A stretch of DNA of 64,000 nucleotides, from positions 182,838,001 through 182,902,000 of the forward strand of contig OZ024741.1 in assembly GCA_964016885.1 (NCBI GenBank), given 5' to 3'. The DNA comes from Eledone cirrhosa (taxonomy: Eukaryota). A model generated the notes under the pieces. The model did not search any database. It had not been told where the DNA came from and worked only from the letters and a program-made list of their open reading frames with translations. A program made the translations under genes and the position numbers. Below are positions 50,886 through 61,785 of the stretch, in pieces; position 1 is the stretch's first letter; each line of letters opens with the position of its first letter.

Positions 50886-51297
50886 TTAATGAAGGTAAGG
50901 TCCCTAGCCTCACACTCTATCCCTCCACCCTTCTCAACAGGCTGAAAACCAACCTAGCATTTCAAAATTGGGTATAGGGTGTGTGACCCTGGATTGAACC
51001 CTTATGTTGTGCTGACATATATGTTGCTTGGGATTGAACATGTAATACCCCTCATATAATTGTCATATATACCACATACACACGAGTGCCACCCTCCGCC
51101 ACAATCATTTTTACTACATAATAGAACATCCCAAACACCCCCTGAAACACCTGCATGTCTAACAAAACACACAGTCACATGACTACCCAATCATTAACAT
51201 GTCTTTTGTTTACATCAAACAATTTCTGATTCAGTCTTATTGGTGGTCGCTCCTCTCAAGACAGACTTAACCTGACAGCTAGTTTTACTCATTTCAA

Positions 51298-54100
51298 CTG
51301 GTGACGTAGAGAGCAAGAACCCCTAGGGAAATTCAAAACTTCAAGCTTCTTCAATTCTTTTACCACTGCTGTCAATAATTCCTTACTTCAATAACTGTTT
51401 CTATAACCATTCAAATGGAGCTAAAGATTGAATTCTTAGATATTTCCTCGACAGTTGAAGAAGTTCAGGGCTGCTTGGATCATTTCAACTTTTGGGTAGA
51501 AGCAAGGGAAAATCTTTCAGCAAACGCTATCACAAGTGTTCTTTCCTAACTACAATTGGAAAGGAAGCATTTTCACTGGTGAAGACATTGATCTATCCGA
51601 AAGATCTCAAGTCAGCATCCTTTGCAACCATTTTAAACTGGCAAAGTTTCAAGCAACTGAGAGGGCAAAATTTAACTCATTGGTACAATATGAATCTGAG
51701 TCCTTCCATCGATTCATTTTGAAATCACTAGGCAATCCAATGTGATTTCAGAGACCAGCTAAACATGTGCTCCAGGATTCTCATTGCCAGAATTAACAAC
51801 CAGTGTATTCAGAGAAAACTACTTCTCTTGGAAAATCAGACATTCCAAGAAAGCTGAGGATGTCCGGAAAATCGCCAGTGAGCCGGCCATCCTATTTCAG
51901 AAGAATCAATTACGAGGTCAGAACTCAAAATAGAAAGAGACTGGGCTAGGCAACTCAAAACAAAGAAGTGGTTCGTTCAATTCTTATGATGGACACTTAA
52001 AACAAGTATGTAAATTTTGTAACGCTATTTGCAGAAAATGTCATAAGTGAAGGGACAGGGACATAGCTCAAGTTTGTAGAAGCTTATAACTACAGCAAAA
52101 CTAAGTGATGACCTTGATTCAGTCATTTTAGCAACCACAGGCTCAAAACATATTGTGCAGACATTCAAATCAACTGCAAATAGAAACAGGTAGTGTAGAA
52201 TCACTGATAAGCCTGAATTCCATCAAAAAGTTTTATCCTCAAGCAGAAATACATTCAATTGTTGCCAACATTATCGATGTGTCTTATCACAAGGTAGAGC
52301 TGATAAAACACACTAGCATTCCTATTTACAACTCGAATAATCAGTTGCAAATTTGTCACTTTCAAGTATCCAAACCTGGCTACTCAATTCTTGACCTCAA
52401 CTCCATGAAAGCCTTGAATATTTCGTTGACCTTTTCCACAACAAAATCCAACAGTGGCATAAAAATTCCAAAAAAATCCACTTTGATTTAGCCAGAGAAC
52501 CTATATTTATGAAAAGGCATGTGATCTCCTATGGTTTGAGAGATGTGGTTGAGCATGAATTATACAAGATGCTAAAAATCCTGTAAATGCAAAGCAATGT
52601 GCAACACTGATTATGACACCAATAAAGCACGATAGTCTAACTCCTGGTTTCTGTGGTGATTACAGAATCATTGTTATGGTTTTACAGAATTACAGATGTA
52701 CAACAGAGGAGCTAGAAGATATATTGATTAAAATGAATTCATCCACAATATTCTCGACTACAGAATTGAAAAAAGCATTCCTGCAGTTGTTGTTGTACGA
52801 GGAATCAAGCCAGCCGAAAACCATAAATACACCTTTTGGGTTATTTGGGTTCAATTTCTTAACGTTCAGATTATCAGCGTCACCAGCAATGTTGCAAAAG
52901 GTAATCAATGATATCACAAAGGATATTCCAGGTGTCATTTCTTACCAGGATGAATAATCATCTTTTCCAGGGATAAGTGTAGCCACGAAGCAAGTCTAAA
53001 AGAGCTATTTAGGTGATTCATAGAAAAGAATGTCCAAATAAATGCATCTAAGTGCCCATTCATGAAGATGGAAGTCAGCGTTCTAGGCTTTACCGTTGAT
53101 GGTTGTGAAATACTAACAGATGCTTCCTGCATGAAACCTTTGTTGCGTGCAAAATCTCCTCATAATTTTGAAGAATTGCAATCAGTTCTTAGAGCTATAC
53201 AGTACTACCCATATTTCATTCTTAATTTTTCAAGCAATGCAGACCCATTGTTTCAACTGCAATCCATGACAAAATTCCAATGGAAGAGTGAACAAAAGAC
53301 AAGTCCATAAGAACTTCTTTCATTTTTGGCCTCAGGTGCCATGGTTAAGCTGTTTTCCATGAAAGTAAAGACAAATGTCATACCGGATGCATCCAAACAT
53401 GGTATTGGTGCAGTCCTAGAACAAGATGGGTATCCAGTAATATGTATATCTCAACGTCAAGTAATATGTATATCTCAGCCAAAAAAGGGAATGCTCAAAC
53501 AATGCCCAAGGCGTTAGATGTATACTGGGATGTAATAAGTTTCTGTTTAACACTCACTTTACCATCATTACCGACCATAAGGTTCTTATCTTTATTTTCA
53601 GTCCTGATAATTCAAATATTAATATCTGGCTCTCATATATATTCTGCCTTGGAATCGCAGCTGGTTGACAATTCCTCATCAGAAGTCTATGATCGCTGTG
53701 TTGTCATCTACTCTTTACTATGCTGTGAATCCAAAGGTTGGAATCAGTTCAACCAATTAATGGCAATGCTGACACAAGTAAAAGTACATTTCAAGTTGCC
53801 AGAGATATCACAACAAGCCTAAATACATATGGATATGATTCTATATTTTTCTATTTATTCACTAGGTCTAGATAAATGAGCAGTGCAAATGGGCTTCAAA
53901 GAACCCCCCCCCCCTCCCCCGACAAAGAATCTAATGCCATTAAATGTCCTCTCGAAACTGTTGCAAGTCAACTTCAGTAGGAAAGACATGAGTAATGTGG
54001 GAATACTAAATAGCCAACATTGTAGGCAGGAAGAATTGGGTGTAGTGATTAGTACAGGACCTTGAGAGTTGGACACAACCTGGGTGATGAGAGGTGAAGA
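51298..54100 (+). mobile_element. Decayed Ty3/gypsy LTR retrotransposon, internal region
   Basis: PBS-like TGGTGACG at 51298. Gag-like FLTTIGKEAFSLVKTLIYP. RT CGDYR...INTPFGLF...SPAMLQ...YQDE. RNase H DASKHGIGAVLEQ. Many stops; matching LTR pair not found. Confidence 0.8.
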
Positions 54101-54828
54101 AATATGTGATTTGGGATTTCTTGCGTAGAGGTGGCATGGGAGTAGCTAGTTCCAATTAGTGGAGGTCATTGTAGTAGCAGTAGACAAAGCAGAAAGGGGA
54201 AAGAGCATGTCTGTGTGCCAGGGACTGGCGTGTGTCTATGAGTGACTTCATGTCAATTAATTATGTGGCTTTTCTCTAGCACCAGTCAGGAAAATCTGTC
54301 AGCATTGTCCCAGGTTCCATTGTGGGTCTTGCAAGAGACAAATTTATCCATAAATAAATAAGTAAACAGTCGAGCTGTAGGAAACATTCATCATCATCAT
54401 AGACTGACTCAATACTCAAGCAAAGCTACTGACCTCTCAGGGAGGCTGGGGACCTGTATCTCACATCTACTGAGTGCTCAGGCAGGTTGGAGGTCTGTAC
54501 CTCATTTACATACATTCCTTAGTTTTACCAAGTGTATTTTATTGTGGAACCAGCACTATGAAGGTCATCATGTTTTTTAACACAGATGAGCTCGCCATAT
54601 CCTTTGTTTGGTAAGCTTTCTACAACAGGATGTGCTTCCTATCCCCAACCACATTACAAACTGCACTGGGTGCATTTATTGTATAGATCCCCAACACTCA
54701 CACTTGAAAAGTCCTCAACCCCGCTACCCCCTTTTGCTATGGTTTCTACAGCAGGATGCCTTTCCTATCACCATCCACTTTACAGAGTGTACTGGGTGCA
54801 ATAAACTTCTCTTGGAAACTATACTTAC

Positions 54829-54888
54829 TCTGGGTGTAGTGTCTTCTTTGTCCTTCTCACTTTCCTTTTTAGTTTCATTGGCAGCAAC
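54829..54888 (-). CDS. Tankyrase-like gene, most 5' exon found (VAANETKKESEKDKEDTTPR)
   Basis: ttgcag/gtaagt splice sites, 60 nt, phase 0->0. The start codon exon was not located. Confidence 0.65.
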
Positions 54889-56747
54889 CTGCAAGCAACA
54901 GAAGAAAAATGAAAAACTAAATATGTGTTGTCAAGATAAAATCAAAATATCAATATGGATCAATTCCCGCAATTAATATAGATAGAAGAAATTGATACTT
55001 AATTCCAAGTGTCTAATTAAGAAACAAAAATTTGATTTTAAGTTCTTACAATCAATAACACGAAAAAAATTATACAAATACACACATATACACATACATG
55101 ACTAGTCTCTATGAAGATAAGTAAGATCCATTATTAAGAATAATTAGCAAAGCTGTATTGACTATTTCATTTCAATAATTTTCTACAAGAAAATAATGGC
55201 TTTTGTTTAATCATATTTTAAGAGAGAAAAACTATAAGAGATTGAAGAAAATCATTAAGTTTATAATCAGAGGCAATTAAAGTGTTATTAAGTTATTATT
55301 AAAGCACATCACCATCAAATTAAATCAATTACACTTAAGGTGTATTTAGAAAAACCAAACCTAGTTCCTAACAGTTTCTAGTGCACACTTTGTCAATTGA
55401 GGACAGTAAACAGAATCCCAAACAGCGAATTGGCAGAGCTGTTAGAGTTCATCTTATGCCTGAGAATGCATTGACAATATGTAAAATAATTGAAATATAT
55501 CCAGCCCATTGCAACCCTAAAGTAACTGTCATGTGTTCACAGTTTAACTTTTAATATTCTCAAATGATTTAGCAAAAAATATCTAAATAAATACGTTTGG
55601 CAATTAAAATATTTATAGCATCTTTACTAGTGGACAGATGATTGGGAAAATTTGCAATATTAGCCTTGAAGACTTTAATCCTTAATGTGGCGCAATCACA
55701 GTGCTGTTTTGTTCTTTTGAATGTCACGGTAATGCAGTTTCATGCAGTACAGGATGTTAAGAGTTAAATACAGTGAAACTTGTGTGTTCATTATAATTAA
55801 ACATATCACCTTTATTCTGATCATGCTGCATTAGCACTATCATTAATTAAAACTAGTTGGTCAATATTGTACTGAATATAAATAATCCCTCTATAAGATA
55901 GTGTCTTCTATACTTCAGCGCTAGGTGGTACGTGAGTGTATACTGACAATATGTAAAAACATTGAAATGCAACTGCTGCTCTTATACTAGTAGCTAGCAA
56001 GACTAGATATATATTTATTACATGTAAAGATATTATATATGGGTTTAGGCACACATATAGGTATACTTCTGTATAATCACTAAAAACTAAATTCTACTGG
56101 TGGTGCCAGTACATGTATGGCCTTGCATATTTAATGTCTATGAGATAGAGAGGAGATGGGATAGAGTTTTAATATGTGATAACAATTATGTATGTGTAAA
56201 CATTTTTAAAAAGCAAATTTATTTCTTTAGATTCTCTGCACTGAATTCAAATACTATTCTTTTCAGGGTGGATAAATAAAGTAATCTTTTCAGGATGGAT
56301 AAATAAAGTACCAATTTAGGGTGGTGAATTGACAGAATTGATAGAGCCTCAGATTGGATGCCACATAGGATCCATCCTACATTCTGAATTCAAATCATAT
56401 CTCCTGACTGCAGACCCCTCTCGCTACCCCCTAACAAACTTCATTTTAGATACAACTTCATAGGAAGCCAGCCAAACCTACACAGGTATGAGTGGTAACA
56501 GCAACAAACAACAAAACTGATTAGAGTTCAATTGTTTATTTCTACAGTGAATTTATAAAGACTGCTCATATTAAGGAATGCATCTACATAACTTGTAATC
56601 AAAATTATCAATTTAAATATTTTCCTGATAGCATTTTTTAAAATTAAAATTAGATAGCTAGATAGTGTCACCCATGGTCACAAATTCAGCAAGCCAAATT
56701 TCTCTCAAATCACATCTCACTATTATATAAAATTAAAGGCACATTCT

Positions 56748-57070
56748 TCTACTTCGCCCACTTATTCCTGAGAAGGTCATTGGGGCAGAGTCCTCAAACA
56801 CTTCCTCCAGTCGGTCCTGTCAGAAGCAACTGATCTGACTGGATCCCTGAGCCTGGCCAGTAAAGTTCATGGATGTTATCCAAACATCTTGCTCGGGGTC
56901 TGCCCCGGGTTCTCCTACCTGGTGGTTTCGTCCGTTAAAATCTGTCCAGCCATTCTTTCTCAAGACATTCTAACCACATGTCCATAGTATCAGAGCTGTG
57001 ATCTCTCAATTCGGAGAAATAGCGGCTCTACCTGGAGTGCCTCTCTGATCTATGAGCTTCACACTTTATC
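56748..57070 (-). mobile_element. 3' fragment of a different RTE-type (Rex3/Expander-like) LINE
   Basis: Minus strand translates to IREALQVEPLFLRIERSQL*YYGHVVRM. Confidence 0.7.
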
Positions 57071-57879
57071 TGGATAGCATAATTCAAAATACACTATTCT
57101 TTTACTGGTTTCAGCCATTCAACTGAGGCCATGCCTAAAAGATAGAAATTAGATGATCATATCTGAGCCATTGCCAGTTGCCACTTATGACAAACTGTGA
57201 TACAGTGTAATATATACTAGAGAGCTAGTATAAATTCTACGAAAATAATGGAGTTGGAATAATAGGTACCCCCACCCCCCTATTAATTTAATTTCTCACT
57301 CTCTTTCCAATACCTGATATCAGTAACTAGCTTTATAGACTTCTTTAGTTGATAACATTTTACATTTAAAAAGATTAATTTTAAATTAAGATGCTTTGAA
57401 AAGACAATTAGCATTGACCAGAAAACAAGCTAAAGAATCTTATTGTGTTAGAGAAAAATACATTTCACAAGTGAAGACCTAATTAGATATAATATTAGCA
57501 TTAACCCTTTTGATAACCAAACAGCTTAAAACAATTAGATGTTTATTTTAAAAAGTTAATCTATATCCTTATAAAAAGGAAGTTTGTTTGCACATTGACT
57601 GCTGATAGCACTAAATAAAATTCATAATAATTAAGGTTCTTCGTGTTTTCAACTAATCTGAGCTCTTTTAAGTTCAGTCAACTTATTTTCTGAAAATAGA
57701 TTGGAGCGTGAGTTGAGGGAGAATCTACAGCTCTTTTTAGCACCCAGATACTGCCTGTTTGTCCATCTTGCTATCTATATATAGAGTGAAATACTACTCC
57801 AACTCTCACTCACTCTACCTCCCCCCTCTCTCTAACTAACTAAAACATCATGTGTATGTCCAAAAATACAACACAGACA

Positions 57880-58210
57880 TTTAGCATTCAAACCGGCTGT
57901 AACCAGCCACTCATACATACTGATATTAAGGTATTGTTCTCAAAATAAATAATATCAAAATCTCATAAATTCGATATTATGTAAATAATTATGTGAGATA
58001 AAGCCTTTACTATGAAAATATAATTGTTTCTACGTTTGGCACAAGGCCAGCAATTACCCAGTGCATTACTGGTACTTTATTTTATCGACCCCATAAGGAT
58101 GAAAGGCAAAGTTAACCTCGGCGGGATTTGAACTCAGAATGGCAAGGGCCGTAACTCTATACGTCAATGAAAATATAATAGTATATATAGAGTAATGTAA
58201 ATGCTGAAGG
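57880..58210. mobile_element. piggyBac-type MITE family 1 remnant containing a SINE (58025-58166)
   Basis: MITE body on both sides of the SINE. 13-bp TSD ATGAAAATATAAT at 58012-58024 and 58167-58179. Confidence 0.8.
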
Positions 58211-58389
58211 ATAAAAAAAAAAGATTTCACTATGACATGTGATTGTTGTCATTATTCTGACTCCCTCGCCAACGACTCCTTTTTCTTAAAACGGAAGAGG
58301 GGCAGAAGGGGGACTCTCAGAGTTTCAATTTATAGAATAGCAATCCCTTGATACTGAAGTATGTTTTCGTCCTTCATTATTTTGGATTG

Positions 58390-58573
58390 ACAGTATCGGT
58401 AGAGGGTCGGACGCCATGCTTTCCAGCATAGTTACGTCCCTTTACGATCTGAGTTCAAATCCCGCCGAGGTAGACTTTGCCTTTCATCCTTACGGGGTCG
58501 ATAACGATAAAATAAAGTACCAGTAATGCACTGGGTAATTGCTGGCCTTGTGCCTAAAGTAGAAACAATTATT
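58390..58573 (+). mobile_element. SINE family 2
   Basis: GAGTTCAAATCC B-box, CTTTCATCCTTACGGGGTCGATAA block, ATT-type tail. Confidence 0.8.
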
Positions 58574-59870
58574 TTCTACTGTTGTGGAAAGCTTTGTAAA
58601 CTTAATTAAGCAAGTATTCCTCAATTTCGAAATCCACCATTCCATTCCAATGAAGAGCAGCTGTGTGAAAGAGCAATCCTTAACAACATCCCAATTTCTC
58701 AACAGTCTGGAACCGTCCTTGAATTGAAGAAGGACACAGTCATCATGCTTCAGAGAAACCTGGATCAGCCATGGTTGTGCAATGTGACACGTTTGGTTGT
58801 GACTGAGCTACAACCTCATCTTATCAAAGCCAAAATCTTCACAGGATGTGGAAAGAGAGACATCGTATTTATACCTAATACCAACAGATGTATCTTTTTG
58901 TTTCAAACGATTGCAATTCCTAGTGAGAGTCAGCCCAAGGCCAAACCCTGCTGGTTGTCTTTCTCCATCTAGAAGAGGGCTGTTTCTCACATGGTCAATT
59001 GTATGTAGGTTGTTCCAGACTAGGAAGAACCCATAAACTCTTTATATATATGCCAAAGAAAAAGTTAAAAACATTGTATTTACAGAAGTTCTGTAAATGC
59101 TTTATAATTTTTGTAGAATACTTTTTTCTATTATTTTCTGTATTTAGATTGTCTAAATATTTTTTAAAATTATATTATGCAATATTTAAAAACCTTTTAA
59201 CATCTTTTATTTCAAGGAAAATTGGCATCACGATAGATGCCAAGAGGCGCCTTATAAATAGATTTGAGCACAGTGCAGACCGGGGTGAAGGCCGGTAGGC
59301 CACTAGTATTTATGAAAGAACCTTTAATTAAGTTATGTTCCAAGCACCAGATAAATGAGAAAGCTTGTGGCAATACTAAATCTCACCAAATTCTTAATTC
59401 TTGATTCTTTTCAAATTATTTGAAAATCACAGGGAGTATCTTTCATTAGAAATATGATAATGAAAGAGTTAATGAAGCTGCTGGCCTTGCAAATGACAAG
59501 ATTCAATGACAAAAGCAAATTGGCCTGTGCTCACTGCACAATATCTCTTGCATTGTTGATTACATCTTATGGAACTGGAAGAGGATGTTAAAAGATGATG
59601 TAAGCATGACATGTAGTTCTGAAGGTATATGTTGCCAAATCAGAATTGATTTGGCACTTTTTTACCATATTTAAAGGGAAGAACTCAGTTTTATCTTCAT
59701 CTTGTTCAAGTGTTGTCTGCTCTCAGATTTTAGAGATATGTATATAGAGGGACTTCAGTCCTATCAATGGTAGCTAACAGAAACTATACAAAGCCTGATG
59801 TGTGTATGTATGTATGTGTTTGTGTATGAAGTTTCATCTGCCTGTCACCCACTCTCAATAAAATTGTGCG

Positions 59871-59872
<2 letters not shown>

Positions 59873-59943
<71 letters not shown>

Positions 59944-59972
59944 TGTGTCTGTGTGTGTGTGTGTGTGTGTGT
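59873..59972. repeat. (GT)n microsatellite
   Basis: About 50 GT units. Confidence 0.97.
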
Positions 59973-61785
59973 TTAGAGAGCCATACAATGCAAGTGGGTT
60001 AGAATCATCAAATTCTTGATGTCGAAATATTCCAATGATGATGCATTGTAGTAGTAGTAGTAGAGATAGAAGAAGGAGAGCAAGGAAAGAGCAAGTCAGA
60101 GAGCCAGTAATTGAAGCTGGTGGTGAATATTTATCATGAATCCCTGTATATTACTGGTACTTATTTTGTTGACCTTGTAAGAATGTTCACAAGTAGCTAA
60201 AATAAAAACTGAAGAAAATACTAAAACTAAATTCAACAAAGGTATTTAGTCTATTTCTTCACAATCTACTCAAATCTAATATACAATTTTAATAAATGCT
60301 CCAATTATTAATAATATCAATTAATAACAAAGTGATAATGATGAAAATCAATATAATTTACTTTATGCAGTCATAAAAATTCTAGAACAAATGTAAAAAG
60401 AATTTCTAGTATTGATTTTCAATTTTCAAAAACATCATTAGGAACAAACAAAAAAGAAATGGGAGTGTGCTAATGGGGAACTCTAAATGTCAAATGAACT
60501 AACTAAAAATAGAAGAGTTTACATGAAACACAAAAAATATAAAAATAACAATAATAATGATTTCTACTATATGCACAAGGCCAGCAATTGAGGGGAAGGG
60601 AAAAGTCGATTAAATTGACCCCAGTGCATTACTGGTGTTTTATTTTACAAAATGACACAGGGCCTAACAATTCTGATAATCTAATAAAATCAACTACTGT
60701 TATATAATTCAAGTTCATTATAGTTGAAAATACCATTTTCTGAAATTACAAGATAAACTATCCCTCCCCCCTCCCCGCCCCGTTTTTAGTTGTAAGTGGT
60801 TATATATTGTTGGTGTACACAGCTTCACTAAATTAGGAAGTTCACTTCGCAACCATTAGGCCCTGGGTTCAATCCTATTGCATAGCATCTTGGGCAAGTG
60901 TCATTTACCTTACATTGACCCGCCTTGCGAATGAAATTGAGTAGAGAGAAACTGTTTAGAAGCCCATCAGATGAACTGTACATGTAAATCAGAGTGACAG
61001 CCCTGTCACAGTGTCATGCTGAACTTTCCTGAGAATTACATTAATGGTACACGTGTCTGTGCAATGCTGAGAGATATATAGATTAATTTCATGAACAGGT
61101 TATTCTGTTGATCAAACAACTGGAATACTCAACATCAAAGCTGATGGAGGGTTTTTCATATATCATTGTAGTGATAGTGCTGGTGTAACAAAAAAAAAAG
61201 CCCCCAGCTCGCCCTGTAAGGTGGTTGTGCTCGTGTCACAACAAAAATGCACCCAATCCATCCTATAAGGTGGTAGTGCCATGACAAAAAGAGCCCAGAT
61301 CACACTATAATGTGGTAATGGAGGTGCCATAAAAAAGCTCTCAGTACACGTAATGTGTTGGCATTAGGAATAGCATTCAGCCATAGAAACCAAACCCAAA
61401 ACAGATCCTTACGAGCAAGACAGTCATCTGACTTAACTAGCCACATAACATCCTATCTAACCAATGCAAGCATTAAAATAGACATTAAATGGTTATGATG
61501 ATGATGATGACAATATACAGAGAGGAAGAGCAAAAGTGGAAAAATGAATCAATATAAAAGGTTACTGACAACTTAAAAGCAGCCAATATAATTTTTAAAT
61601 CAGGCTAATTTTTTCTTTGATATCTCAATATTAAAAGCAAAATATTTATAAATTTCAAGATCAATTCTTTTACTTTGGGCAAGTTTCCTCTACCTGCAGA
61701 AGCCCATTGTGTGTGTTTGTGTTTGTCTTGATGCTAACAAGGCTTAAGCAACAGGTGTCATTTGTTTATATTCTGCAGCTTGTGA

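Larger units (their letters stand above)
57560..59306 (+). mobile_element. Internally deleted Helitron with PIF1-helicase remnant
   Basis: A|TC start, ACCGG...CCGGT hairpin then CTAG|T end. LKKDTVIMLQRNLDQPWLCNVTRLVV matches the Helitron helicase motif IMLLRNL...LCNGTRL. Confidence 0.82.
57505..59468. mobile_element. piggyBac-type MITE family 2 split by a Helitron
   Basis: TTAA-CCCTTTTGATAACCA ... ATGATAATGAAAGAG-TTAA. Halves rejoin as TGTTTATTTTAAAAAGTTAA|TATTTATG, similar to the uninterrupted copy near 49086. Confidence 0.7.

Noticed and set aside
51000-51297. Matching LTR pair for the gypsy element
   Set aside because: No convincing second copy was seen after 54100.
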